A stretch of DNA of 64,000 nucleotides from Phycisphaerae bacterium (lineage in GTDB: Bacteria > Planctomycetota > Phycisphaerae > SM23-33), in NCBI GenBank assembly GCA_041946855.1, contig JBHGBE010000003.1, positions 47,662 through 111,661 on the forward strand. Direction: 5' to 3'. The notes under the pieces are model-generated. The model ran no database searches, was not told where the DNA came from, and worked only from the letters and a program-made list of their open reading frames with translations. Of this stretch, positions 40,874-50,447 are shown one piece after another. The position numbers were made by a program, and so were the translations under genes. Within the stretch, counting starts at the first letter, position 1; each line of letters opens with the position of its first letter.

Positions 40874-41839
40874 CTACTCGCGGTCAGGCCATTGGCCCGA
40901 GAACACCTCGACCGCCGGGCCGGTCATGTACACGCGGTTGTCGGACTGCCGCCATTCCAGTTCCAGTCCGCCGCCGGGCAGGTGGGCGACGATCCGCCGG
41001 CCGGTCCGCCCGGTGAGCACGCCCGCGACGCAGACGGCCGATGCGCCGGTCCCGCAGGCCAGCGTCACGCCGCTGCCGCGCTCCCACGTCCGCATCGTCA
41101 CTTCGCTCGCGGATTGCACCTGGACGAAGTGGACATTGACCCGCTTCGGGAATACCGGGGCGCGCTCGATAACAGGGCCGACCATTTCCAGGGGCACCGC
41201 CGCCACATCCTTGGAGTAGATCACCACGTGCGGATTCCCCATTGAGACGCAGGTCATGCGGGTAATCGGTGAATCGGTCAACTGGTCAATCGGTGAATCG
41301 GTGAATCGCTTGACCGGGGAACCCTCGACCATGGCCCCCCGACTAACCGATTCACCGATCAACCGATCAACCCTGACGTACTTGTCAAGCGGCAGGTCCA
41401 CTATCTTGTCCAAGGACTCAGCGCCCGGCAGCACGACGGGAATGTCGGCCGGCTTGAGCACCGGCTCGCCCATATCAACCGTGGCTGCCGTGACCTTGCC
41501 GTCGGGACCTAGCCTCAGGTCGATGGTCTTGACGCCGCTGGCCGTCTCGACGCGCATCGGGTTGGCCCGCGACAGTCCGTGGTCGTATGCGTACTTGGCC
41601 AAGCACCGGATGCCGTTGCCGCACATGAGGCCCTCGGACCCGTCGGCGTTGAACATCCACATGCGGACGTCGGCGGTGCGGCTTGGCATGATGAGGATCA
41701 GGCCGTCGGACCCGACGCCGAAGTGCCTGTCGCTGACCGCCCTGGCCAGCGCGGAGGCGCCCTTCGGGTCGATCTGCTGGTTGAAGCAGTCGACGTAGAC
41801 ATAATCGTTGCCCGCGCCTTGCATCTTCGTGAAGCGCAT
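40874..41839 (-). CDS. dapF: Diaminopimelate epimerase carrying an in-frame 7-mer repeat insertion
   Basis: GAGNDYVYVD, the catalytic Cys motifs MCGNGIRC and ACGTGASA, and SMGNPHVV are present. A roughly 33 aa insert encoded by 41262-41378 sits where E. coli DapF has about 9 aa. Confidence 0.9.
   Translation of the reverse strand: MRFTKMQGAGNDYVYVDCFNQQIDPKGASALARAVSDRHFGVGSDGLILIMPSRTADVRMWMFNADGSEGLMCGNGIRCLAKYAYDHGLSRANPMRVETASGVKTIDLRLGPDGKVTAATVDMGEPVLKPADIPVVLPGAESLDKIVDLPLDKYVRVDRLIGESVSRGAMVEGSPVKRFTDSPIDQLTDSPITRMTCVSMGNPHVVIYSKDVAAVPLEMVGPVIERAPVFPKRVNVHFVQVQSASEVTMRTWERGSGVTLACGTGASAVCVAGVLTGRTGRRIVAHLPGGGLELEWRQSDNRVYMTGPAVEVFSGQWPDRE
41262..41378. repeat. Inverted pair of 7-nt arrays (aatcggtgaatcggtcaactggtcaatcggtgaatcggtgaatcg ... 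aaccgattcaccgatcaaccgatcaacc) inside dapF, in frame
   Basis: Direct reading shows the pair. Confidence 0.85.
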
Positions 41840-41949
41840 GCGGTCCCTTTCATCCGGGGCAGGCGATTATACCCTCGTCCGCGCCGGCCGAAAATGCCCC
41901 TTGGCCCAAGTAATCCGCCGCTGGCGTCAGGTCGATACAGAAGCAAGAG

Positions 41950-43494
41950 GTGAGCGCGGGCCGCGCGGACATGCAAACCATCACACAGGACAACCTGGCC
42001 ATCCAGTTTTCCCGGGCGCTGCACGGCCTGAACGTGTCATCCCCCGGCCCGACCGAGTTCGACGACCTGCGCCAGCGTATGGCCTCGGTGCTGGAGCTTT
42101 CTACCCGCGAAGTGGCCATCGCCTCCATCGCGGGCGCGCCGGCGGTGACGTCGGTTCTCAGCGACCGCCTGCCGAACGGCAAGTGCAGGCTCCTGCTGGC
42201 GATAGTCCAGCACGGCAGCGAGCTGACCAACTGCGCCAAGGCCATCGCCCAGTTCATCGGCCAGGGCCGCAACCTCGACTGCGCGGCCATGTGTACGCTG
42301 TCCAGCTACAACGACTGGTACATCCCCATCATCATCTGCCGCAGCAGCGACGGCCTGGGGGCCAGGATCAAGGACCTGCTTTCCCCGTCGGCGCAGGTGG
42401 TGCAGCCGGCCACCGCCTCGCCGGGGGCGGCCAGAGGTCCTGGCTCCGCCGCCGCAGGACCGATCGTCATGGATGAGCGAATCATGCGCATGGCCCGCCT
42501 GGCGCTTGCGTCATCCTCGGCCGTCATCCTGGTCGGCCCGCCCGGAACGGGCAAGACCACGATCATCAAGCAGCTCCTCCAGGAGGTCGCCAGGAACCCC
42601 GCGGCGTTCGGCCTGAGGAACATCCCGCGCGAGCCCAAGTGGGTCACGCCGTCGGAGAACTGGACGCTGGCCGACCTGGTTGGCGGGCAGGGGATCGACG
42701 AGAAGGGCCGCCGCCGCTTCCGCATGGGACACGTCCTGGAGGCCATCCACGAGGACCGCTGGCTGGTGCTCGACGAGGCCAACCGCGCCAACATGGACAG
42801 GATCTTCGGGGGCCTGTTGACCTGGCTGTCGGACCAGCGGGTCGAGCTTGGCAAGGCGTGTACCGACATGAACTCGCCGTCGGTGATGCTCGACTGGAAC
42901 GACGCGCCCCCGTGCAAGACCGCTCGCCTTGAGCTGCTGGACGCCGACAAGATCGTCACGTCGGACCCGATCCTGTTCCAGGCGGGCCTGGAGTGGCGGC
43001 TGATGGGCACGTACAACGTCCAGGACTCACACAAGGTGTTCAGCTTCGGCCAGGCGCTGGGGCGGCGGTTCGTCCGCGTGCCCATACCAGTGATCGAGCC
43101 GGAGCAGTTCAGGCACGCGCTGGCGCCGCTGGCCAAGGAACTGCCCGAGGAAGTCCGGAAGGCGGTGCTTTGCCTGTACGCGGCCCACCGCCAGAGCAAA
43201 GGGGCGCAACTGGGGCCGGCGATCTTCCTCAAGATCGCCTCCTATCTGACGGCCGGGCTGAAGCTGCCGCAACTGGCTAACATCTCAGTCGTCCGCAACA
43301 AGGCCCGGCCGGCCGATGCCGGCGACGACTTGCTCATGCAGCTCGTCGCCGAGGCCTACGTCTCATCGGCGGGGATGTACCTGGGCGGGCTGTCGCCGGA
43401 GGACCTGGCCGGCCTTACCAAGGCGGTCCTGGCGGGGGGGTTCCCCGAGGAGCAGTGGCGGTGGGTGCTGGCGCTGGCGCCGTCGCTGGGGTGA
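41950..43494 (+). CDS. McrB-like AAA+ (AAA_5) GTPase with an uncharacterised roughly 180 aa N-terminal domain
   Basis: Walker A appears as VILVGPPGTGKTT, the McrB-type motif as LVLDEANRANMDRIFGGLLTWL, and a downstream RRF motif as YNVQDSHKVFSFGQALGRRFVRVPIP. No McrC-like gene is adjacent. Confidence 0.55.
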   Translation: MSAGRADMQTITQDNLAIQFSRALHGLNVSSPGPTEFDDLRQRMASVLELSTREVAIASIAGAPAVTSVLSDRLPNGKCRLLLAIVQHGSELTNCAKAIAQFIGQGRNLDCAAMCTLSSYNDWYIPIIICRSSDGLGARIKDLLSPSAQVVQPATASPGAARGPGSAAAGPIVMDERIMRMARLALASSSAVILVGPPGTGKTTIIKQLLQEVARNPAAFGLRNIPREPKWVTPSENWTLADLVGGQGIDEKGRRRFRMGHVLEAIHEDRWLVLDEANRANMDRIFGGLLTWLSDQRVELGKACTDMNSPSVMLDWNDAPPCKTARLELLDADKIVTSDPILFQAGLEWRLMGTYNVQDSHKVFSFGQALGRRFVRVPIPVIEPEQFRHALAPLAKELPEEVRKAVLCLYAAHRQSKGAQLGPAIFLKIASYLTAGLKLPQLANISVVRNKARPADAGDDLLMQLVAEAYVSSAGMYLGGLSPEDLAGLTKAVLAGGFPEEQWRWVLALAPSLG

Positions 43495-43499
43495 CGGGG

Positions 43500-44561
43500 T
43501 CAGGTCGGGCCGCCTGACATGTCCGGCCGGTCCGGCTCGATGGTCGCGCGCGGCGTGACACGCGGGGCCCTGGTCGGCGCGGCGGTGGGCGAGGTCCCGC
43601 CGCGTACCGGGCGTGTGGTCGGCGCCCTGGCGCCCTCGATCGCGGGCAGGTGGAGCGTCGTACCGGCCTGGAGCGTATCGCTGGTCAGGCCGTTGGCCGC
43701 CATGATCGTGGTCCAATACTTGTCGTCTCCGTAGTGCTTCCTGGCGATGGAGTGCAGCGTATCGCCTGCCACGACCGTGTAATCGACCGCGGCGATCGGG
43801 CCTGTGCCGCCGGGGCGCGTGGTGGACAGCGGCGTGGGCTTGGGCGGGATGACCAGCTTCATGCCGGGCTTGAGCGAGTCATTGGTGACGCCCGGGTTGG
43901 CCTTGGCGACGGTCGGCCAGAGGCTGCCGTTGCCGTACATGGCCTCGGCTATCCTCCAGAACCCGTCGCCCTCCTTGACCACGTACTCCTTAGCGCCGGC
44001 CGGCAGGGGCGGCGCGCCGCCGGGCGGGGTGGGCGTGGGCGAGACCTTGGGCAGCGGAGGGACGATGAGCGTCTGCCCGACTCTGAGCGCGTTGGCGTTG
44101 GACGCCGGGTTGGCCTTGGCGATCAGGTCCCAGTACTGGCTGCTGCCGTACATCTTCTGGGCGATGGAATGAAAATTGTCGCCCGCGAGCACGACGTACT
44201 TCCGCTCCTCACCGGCGCCGGCCGGAGTGGGCGAAGGCGCGGGCGTAATGGGAATGACGACTATCGTCGGCAGGGGGGACGGCGTGGCAGTAGGCGCGGG
44301 CGTCGATGACACGTCTATGGTCGGCAGCGGCGGCGCAGTCGGCGACGGCGTGGCCAGAGGGGTCGGCGTGGCCGTCGGCGGACGGGTGGGGGTGCGCGTC
44401 GTTCGGGGCGTGGCCGTCGGCGCGACGCTGTTGGTGGGCGTGGGCGTCGTTTGGGCCACCTTGTCGTCGGGCTTTGGGTGCTTGAACACGACGAGGTACA
44501 CCACGACGACCAGGAGGACGAAGACCGAGACCGCGATGCCGATTTTCACGTCCGTGCGCAT
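43500..44561 (-). CDS. LysM-repeat peptidoglycan-binding membrane protein
   Basis: An N-terminal TM helix and a Pro/Thr-rich linker are followed by three LysM domains (YTVVAGDTLHSIA..., YVVKEGDGFWRIA..., YVVLAGDNFHSIA...). Confidence 0.8.
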   Translation of the reverse strand: MRTDVKIGIAVSVFVLLVVVVYLVVFKHPKPDDKVAQTTPTPTNSVAPTATPRTTRTPTRPPTATPTPLATPSPTAPPLPTIDVSSTPAPTATPSPLPTIVVIPITPAPSPTPAGAGEERKYVVLAGDNFHSIAQKMYGSSQYWDLIAKANPASNANALRVGQTLIVPPLPKVSPTPTPPGGAPPLPAGAKEYVVKEGDGFWRIAEAMYGNGSLWPTVAKANPGVTNDSLKPGMKLVIPPKPTPLSTTRPGGTGPIAAVDYTVVAGDTLHSIARKHYGDDKYWTTIMAANGLTSDTLQAGTTLHLPAIEGARAPTTRPVRGGTSPTAAPTRAPRVTPRATIEPDRPDMSGGPT

Positions 44562-44708
44562 GAGCTTGCTCCTTACCGCCTCGGCGCCGTACCCGTTGAC
44601 ACTGACCGGCGGGCATTCTCACGCGCGCCGGGGCAATAGGCAAATAAAAACCGCTAAAGGCGAAGTCTTCCGGAAAGACGAAGTCGTCCGGCGTTAGTGG
44701 GGAGGAGA

Positions 44709-44912
44709 ACACGGATTTCACGGATTCCTGGGATTTCGTGCAGGCGCGTCTGACGGACCAGCGGCTTCGCCGGGGGTCACGCGGAGACAAGAATCAAGCA
44801 TGAAGGGCCGTATCTCTCGGTCTCATGTCTTCCTGCTGGGTCAATCCAGGGGCTCGCACCGGATCGCCAACAACACTCCATGAAATCCCCCCGAATCCGT
44901 GAAATCCGTGTT
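44709..44912. repeat. Inverted pair of 7/8-nt arrays (acacggatttcacggattcctgggatttcgtg ... catgaaatccccccgaatccgtgaaatccgtgtt) flanking a roughly 130 bp spacer
   Basis: Direct reading shows the pair in a divergent promoter region. Confidence 0.85.
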
Positions 44913-45009
44913 CCCTTGTCCGGTGTGCGCCTGGCCGGGCGCCAATATCGAATCATTTGGGAAGGACCACCGGCCGATATTAGAATGAGTTGGTTGTGAA
45001 GGAGCCTGC

Positions 45010-46785
45010 ATGATTGTCGTGCATGTGACGCACGAGGCGGTTGAGAAAGTTGGCGGCATCGGGGCGGTCATAGCGGGGTTGATGACCGCAAAGTCTTACG
45101 AGCAGTCTGTCTCGCGCACGGTCCTTCTGGGACCGCTACTTACCACTGACAAGCCGGTAAACCTGCGGCTGGGCGAGGGCGGCCACGTCATCTACAGCTC
45201 GCTGGACGCAGTCTACACGCCGCCGTGGCGGGAGAAGTTCCTGCCCATCGAACGGACCTACGACGTCGGGATCATCTACGGCACGCGCAAGGTCCACGAC
45301 CCGTGCTGCGGGAAGACCGTGGACGCCGAGGTGCTCCTGATCGACGTCTTCCACGCCAACAAGAACAGGCTCAACCTGTTCAAGGGGGAACTGTACAGGA
45401 AGTTCAACGTTCCCAGCGCCGACTTCGAGAAGATCTGGGAGTACGAGCAGTACGTCCGCCTGGCGGAGCCGGGTTTCGAGGCCCTCAAGGCCATCGGGTG
45501 CAACGGCGGCTCGCAGCAGGTGGTCATACTGGCGCACGAGTACATGGGCATGCCCGTCGCCCTGAAGGTCGTGCTGGCCGGTTCCGCCAACACCCGCACC
45601 GTGTTCTACGCCCACGAGGTGGCGTCGGTCCGCCCGATCGTCGAGAAGACCCCCGGCCACGACACGATGTTCTACAATGTCATGGTTCAGGCGGCCGCGG
45701 AGGACAAGACGATGGAGGAGATATTCCCCAGCGTCTTCAACAACTATAAGCACGCGCTTGTCAAGGCCGCACGGTACTGCGACCACGTGTTTGCCGTGGG
45801 CGACTATATCGAGGAGGAGCTTCGGTTCCTGGACCCGCACTTCCGGACGATGGACATCGACCTGGTGTACAACGGAGTGCCCGCCTTCCCGCTGGCGATG
45901 GCCGACAAGAAGGCCAGCCGGGCGAGGATGCGCGCCTACTCCAGGAACCTGTTCGGGCGCGAGCCGACGTGGATATTCACGCACGTCTGCCGGCCGGTGC
46001 TTTCCAAGGGCCTGTGGCGCGACCTGCGCCTGCTGCACGAGCTTGAGCCGTACCTGGCCCAACGCGGCGAAACGGCCGTCTACTTCCTCCTGGGCACCCT
46101 CGCCGGGCAGCGCCGGCCGCAGGACATCCGCCACATGGAGCGAGTCTACGGCTGGCCGGTCTCCCACGAAAAAGGCTACCCCGATCTATGCGGCGGCGAG
46201 GAGGAGCTCGGCTCGATAATCAACTACTTCAACCGCGACCACCGCTGCACGCGCGGCGTGCTGGTCAACCAGTGGGACTGGAACCAGCGGTTCTGCGGCG
46301 AGCGGATGCCCGCCGACATGACCTTCGCCGACATCCGCTGCGGCACGGACGTCGAGCTGGGCATGAGCATCTACGAGCCGTTCGGGATAAGCCAGTTCGA
46401 GGCGCTGTGCTTCGGGGCGATCTGCGTGGCGTCGAACATCTGCGGGTGCATGGGCTTCGCCCGCAAGGCGGCCGGGCTTGCCCGGTTCGAGCCGCCGGAT
46501 GACCCCGACGCGCCGCTGCCGTGCCCGAACATCATTGAGGCCAACTTCCTCAACGCGGGCAACCTGTCCGTCGAGAAGCTGCTGGCCCTGTCCATCGAGG
46601 ACCGCGACAAGATCGAATCGGCCGAAGGGGCCCGCATGGCCAGGGCGCTGATCCGAGCGCTGCCCCGCAGCGACAAGGAGATGGAGGCGCTCATCGCCTC
46701 CGGCTACGAACTGGCACAGAAGATGAGTTGGGAACATGTCGTCCAGGACTACTTCCTGCCCAGCCTCGGACGCACCGTTCAGTAG
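45010..46785 (+). CDS. Glycogen synthase-like glycosyltransferase (GT3-like)
   Basis: The N-terminal VVHVTHEAVEKVGGIGAVI resembles the GT3 glycogen synthase motif (EVAWEVANKVGGIYTV). The fold is GT-B-like. The call is moderate. Confidence 0.45.
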   Translation: MIVVHVTHEAVEKVGGIGAVIAGLMTAKSYEQSVSRTVLLGPLLTTDKPVNLRLGEGGHVIYSSLDAVYTPPWREKFLPIERTYDVGIIYGTRKVHDPCCGKTVDAEVLLIDVFHANKNRLNLFKGELYRKFNVPSADFEKIWEYEQYVRLAEPGFEALKAIGCNGGSQQVVILAHEYMGMPVALKVVLAGSANTRTVFYAHEVASVRPIVEKTPGHDTMFYNVMVQAAAEDKTMEEIFPSVFNNYKHALVKAARYCDHVFAVGDYIEEELRFLDPHFRTMDIDLVYNGVPAFPLAMADKKASRARMRAYSRNLFGREPTWIFTHVCRPVLSKGLWRDLRLLHELEPYLAQRGETAVYFLLGTLAGQRRPQDIRHMERVYGWPVSHEKGYPDLCGGEEELGSIINYFNRDHRCTRGVLVNQWDWNQRFCGERMPADMTFADIRCGTDVELGMSIYEPFGISQFEALCFGAICVASNICGCMGFARKAAGLARFEPPDDPDAPLPCPNIIEANFLNAGNLSVEKLLALSIEDRDKIESAEGARMARALIRALPRSDKEMEALIASGYELAQKMSWEHVVQDYFLPSLGRTVQ

Positions 46786-46884
46786 GTCCCCGGCCGCCGG
46801 AAGGCGTGTTTCCTCATTCTGGCTTTTGCCTTCCGCACTGTGCGCTCTGCCTTTCTGTTAGAATCCAGGAAGGCAGAGCGCGGA

Positions 46885-49032
46885 ATGCGGAAGGCGAAAG
46901 GAAAATCGAACGGCGGATTGCGGACGGCGGAACGCGGACGCGCGCCTGCATTCCTGGCCGCTGCCGTCGTGACCGTCGCGGTCGTCGCGGCATACTGGAA
47001 CAGCTTCGGCGGCTCGCTGCTCTTCGACGACCGGGCGTTCATCCTGAAGAACCCCAACATCGGCAAGCTCTGGCCGCCGGGCGAGGCATTCGATCACCTC
47101 TGCGCCGCCATGCGGCCGACCGTCGATTTCACATTGACGCTCAACTGCATATTCAGCAAGGCGGTTGACACGGGCCTGGATGTCCACAAGCACCAGCCTG
47201 GCTACCACGAATGGAGCTACCACACCGTCAACCTGGTCATCCATCTGCTGGCGGCGCTGACGCTGATGGGGATCGTGCGGCGGACGCTAATGACGCCGAA
47301 GATGATCGGCCGGTTCGGCCGGGCCGCCTTCTGGCTCGCGCCGGCCGTCGCCGTGCTGTGGGCGGTACACCCGGTCCAGACCGAGTCGGTCACCTACATC
47401 ATCCAGCGGGCCGAGTCGTTGATGGGACTGTTCTACCTGCTGACTCTGTACTGCGTGATACGTGGCGCTGGCGCAACGCGCGAAGACGCGAAAAGGGGAG
47501 GAGGGGAGGAGGGGAGGATTCCGGACACGAGACCGGCCCGTCTTTCCTCCTCTCCTCCCGTCCTCCCGTCCTCCCGTGCTTCGGCCCCCCGGTCCTCCCG
47601 AAGCTCGGCGTGGTACATCCTTGCCATCACCGCGTGCGCGCTGGGAATGGGCAGCAAGCAGGTGATGGTGACCGCGCCTCTTGTGGTGCTGGCCTACGAC
47701 AGGATGTTCCTGGCCGGGTCGTTCGGCGAGGTCTTCCGCCGGCGATGGAGGCTCTATGCCGGCCTGGCGGCCACGTTGGGCATCGTGATTGCGCTGCTGG
47801 CTGTCTACCCCACGGGCGAATCCGTCGGATCGGCGCTGGCGGCGTCGGGCATCACGCCTATCACCTATGCGGCGACGCAGTTCGGCGTCGTCGTCCACTA
47901 CCTGCGCCTGGCGGTCTGGCCCCATCCTCTGTGCCTGGACTACGGCTGGCCCGTGGCGGGCACGCCATGGGCAGTCCTACCGCCGGCATTGCTCATCGTC
48001 GCCCTGCTCGGCCTGACGGCCTGGGCGCTGGCCAAGGGCAGGCCCGCGGGCTTCGCTGGCCTGTGGTTCTTCCTGATCCTCGCCCCTACCTCGACCATCC
48101 TGCCGATCCAGGACCTTATCTTCGAGCACCGCGTGTACCTGTCACTGGCGGGCGTGATCGCGTTTGCGGCCATTGGCGGATACTGGCTGGCGACCTTGCT
48201 GGCAGGCCGAATGAGCCGGCGGAGGGCGGGCCAAGGCAGCCAGTCGTCCGGTCCCGCACAGTCCGAAATCCGAAATCCGAAATCCGAAATCGCCTCCACG
48301 CCCCGCGCCGTTCGCATAGGGTGCATCGCCGTGACCACGGCTCTGGTAATTGTCTTCGTCGTCCTGACCCATCTCCGCAATCGCGCCTACGCCGATGACG
48401 TGGCGATGTGGTCGGATGTGGCCGCCACCCACGGCCATCACGCCCGCGGCCACTACCAGTATGGCAAGGCGCTGTCCAACCTCGCCGACGACCTGGCCGC
48501 CGAGAACAGGGCGGGCGATGCGCAGCGAGTCTATCGCCAGGCCGCCGATGAGTACCGCGCGGCCGTCAGGATCGACCCGAACTACGCTGACGCCCACTAC
48601 AACCTGGCCAACATGCTCCTCCAGCGGCCCCACGAGCGTGACCCGCAGGCGCGGAAGAGGGATCGGGAGGAGGCCAAGGAACACTACCGGCAGGCGTTGC
48701 GAGTGTGGCCCACCCGCGCCGAGGTCTGGGACAACTGCGGCATCGCCTACTACCTGGACGGGCAGTTCGACGAGGCGATCCCGCGCCATCGGAAGGCCAT
48801 TGAGCTTGATCCGCATTTCGCCAACCCGCACAACAACCTGGGCGTCGTGCTGATGGCGAAGGCGCAAGGAACCGCCGACCCGGCCCTGAGGAAGTCACTT
48901 CTGAACGAAGCCCTGAGGAACTTCGAAGGGGCCGCCACATTGCCCAAGGCCAGCGGTGACATCGCCAAGGTTCGCCGCAGCGCGGAGGCCAACGCCCAGG
49001 AGGTCCGCCGCCTTCTTGCCTCCTCACCCTAG
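46885..49032 (+). CDS. TPR-repeat membrane protein (DUF1736/TMTC/PMT-like N-terminal TM domain plus C-terminal TPRs)
   Basis: AYWNSFGGSLLFDD is followed by multiple TM helices and C-terminal TPR repeats (AHYNLANMLL, AEVWDNCGIAYYLDGQFDEA, HNNLGVVL). Two low-complexity repeat elements are in frame. The start is uncertain (46840 or 46885). Confidence 0.6.
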   Translation: MRKAKGKSNGGLRTAERGRAPAFLAAAVVTVAVVAAYWNSFGGSLLFDDRAFILKNPNIGKLWPPGEAFDHLCAAMRPTVDFTLTLNCIFSKAVDTGLDVHKHQPGYHEWSYHTVNLVIHLLAALTLMGIVRRTLMTPKMIGRFGRAAFWLAPAVAVLWAVHPVQTESVTYIIQRAESLMGLFYLLTLYCVIRGAGATREDAKRGGGEEGRIPDTRPARLSSSPPVLPSSRASAPRSSRSSAWYILAITACALGMGSKQVMVTAPLVVLAYDRMFLAGSFGEVFRRRWRLYAGLAATLGIVIALLAVYPTGESVGSALAASGITPITYAATQFGVVVHYLRLAVWPHPLCLDYGWPVAGTPWAVLPPALLIVALLGLTAWALAKGRPAGFAGLWFFLILAPTSTILPIQDLIFEHRVYLSLAGVIAFAAIGGYWLATLLAGRMSRRRAGQGSQSSGPAQSEIRNPKSEIASTPRAVRIGCIAVTTALVIVFVVLTHLRNRAYADDVAMWSDVAATHGHHARGHYQYGKALSNLADDLAAENRAGDAQRVYRQAADEYRAAVRIDPNYADAHYNLANMLLQRPHERDPQARKRDREEAKEHYRQALRVWPTRAEVWDNCGIAYYLDGQFDEAIPRHRKAIELDPHFANPHNNLGVVLMAKAQGTADPALRKSLLNEALRNFEGAATLPKASGDIAKVRRSAEANAQEVRRLLASSP
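47494..47578. repeat. Inverted purine/pyrimidine heptamer arrays (ggggaggaggggaggaggggagga ... tcctcctctcctcccgtcctcccgtcctccc), intragenic and in frame
   Basis: Direct reading shows the arrays. Confidence 0.8.
48262..48292. repeat. 7-nt tandem array (tccgaaa x4), intragenic and in frame
   Basis: Direct reading shows the array. It encodes SEIRNPKSEI. Confidence 0.8.
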
Positions 49033-49085
49033 CGGGCCGGCATGCCCTCCTGTAAGATTGGCCCGACGCATTCAGGAAAATCCCT

Positions 49086-49472
49086 ATGAAGATCGAACAC
49101 GTCGCGCTGAACGTGCCCGATGCGCGGGCGATGGCCGCGTGGTACATCCAGCACCTGGGCCTGGAGGTCGTCCGCCAGGGTGGGCCGCCGGTCTGGGGCC
49201 ACTTCATGGCCGACGCCGGCGGGCAGGCCATCGTGGAGATATACACGAACACGAAGGCCGTCATTCCCGATTACTTCGCTGTCGATTCGCTGAACTTCCA
49301 CCTGGCCTTCGTGTCCGAGGATGTGCCGGCGGACCGCGCCCGCATCATCGCGGCCGGCGCAACGCCCGTCGGCGAGATCGAGCACCTGGCCAGCGGCGAC
49401 GAGGTCGCCACCCTCCGCGACCCCTGGGGCGTCCCCATCCAGTTCGCCAGGCGGAAGACGCCTATGCTGTGA
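49086..49472 (+). CDS. VOC-family (glyoxalase/bleomycin-resistance fold) protein
   Basis: MKIEHVALNVPD... is present, with paired beta-alpha-beta-beta-beta modules. Confidence 0.7.
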   Translation: MKIEHVALNVPDARAMAAWYIQHLGLEVVRQGGPPVWGHFMADAGGQAIVEIYTNTKAVIPDYFAVDSLNFHLAFVSEDVPADRARIIAAGATPVGEIEHLASGDEVATLRDPWGVPIQFARRKTPML

Positions 49473-49687
49473 GGATGGCTGTTCTTCACTCTTGCAGATC
49501 GAGTTCAAGGGATTCCTGACGTAGTTTGAGGAAGAGGTAGTCTGTAGGGCGTGCAACTTGGCCCGACAGGGCGTTGCGCGCGGAACAATGGTGGTGGGAG
49601 ATGAGACATAGCCTTGGTATAGCGGCAAGCCGGTTGCGTAGCGCGGCTCGGAAGCGCCAAAGGTCAGCGGACGCAATCCGCTTCGAC

Positions 49688-49741
49688 CCCAACATCCACC
49701 CCGTATTCCGCGTGCAACCCGCTCCGCCAAGTTGCACGCGC
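49688..49741. promoter_or_regulatory. Palindrome CGCGTGCAAC-N12-GTTGCACGCG about 35 bp upstream of the flavoprotein gene
   Basis: Direct reading shows it. Related half-sites occur at 49541-49556 and 50498-50553. Confidence 0.4.
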
Positions 49742-49775
49742 TACCAACTGAGAGATCATTGACGAAGGAGCCAAA

Positions 49776-50447
49776 ATGAAGATCACCGCCATTCTCGGAA
49801 GTCCGCACGGCATGAAGGGCGCCACGGGCATGCTGCTCAACGAGGTCGTCTCCGCCGCCCGCGCGGCCGGCGCGGAGGTCGGCGTGTTCTCGCTGACCGA
49901 GTACGAGGTCAAGCCCTGCCGCGCGTGCGACGTCTGCCACAAGACGGGCTCGTGCTCGATCAAGGACGACTTCCCCAAGCTCCGCGACGCGATGGCGGCG
50001 GCCGACGGCATCATCCTGGCCAGTCCCAACTACATCTTCAGTGTCTCGGCGCAGCTCAAGGCGGTGCTGGACCGCTGCTGCGGGCCGCTGCACTGCCAGC
50101 TATTCGCCGACAAGTACGCGGCCGCCGTGGTCAGTTCCGGCGGGGCCGGCCACGAGGAGGTGCAGGAGTACATGCTCCGCTTCCTCCAGTCCACCGGATG
50201 CTGGACGGTGGGGAGCGTCGGTGCGGCCGCGTTCGAGTTGCACCAGGACGCCCTCCGCGCGCAGCAGCTCAAGGCGGCCGTCGAGCTGGGGGCGAACCTC
50301 TGCCGGGCCATCGCCGCCAGGGAGTCCTACCCGCAGCAGCAGACCCGCCGCGGCGCGTTCGTCGAGCGGATGAAGCAGCTCATCACCGCACGCAAGGCCG
50401 ACTGGCAATTCGAGTACGAGCACTGGAAGGCGAAGGGGTGGCTGTGA
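49776..50447 (+). CDS. NADPH-dependent FMN reductase / iron-sulfur flavoprotein-like (flavodoxin fold)
   Basis: MKITAILGSPH...GIILASPNYIFSVSAQLK and the Cys cluster CRACDVCHKTGSC are present. Confidence 0.65.
   Translation: MKITAILGSPHGMKGATGMLLNEVVSAARAAGAEVGVFSLTEYEVKPCRACDVCHKTGSCSIKDDFPKLRDAMAAADGIILASPNYIFSVSAQLKAVLDRCCGPLHCQLFADKYAAAVVSSGGAGHEEVQEYMLRFLQSTGCWTVGSVGAAAFELHQDALRAQQLKAAVELGANLCRAIAARESYPQQQTRRGAFVERMKQLITARKADWQFEYEHWKAKGWL

Noticed and set aside
46841-46880. Perfect 12-bp stem hairpin (gcgctctgcctt...aaggcagagcgc) after the glycogen-synthase-like gene as a rho-independent terminator
   Set aside because: It has no U-tract. It could still be a structural element, but cannot be called a classical terminator.
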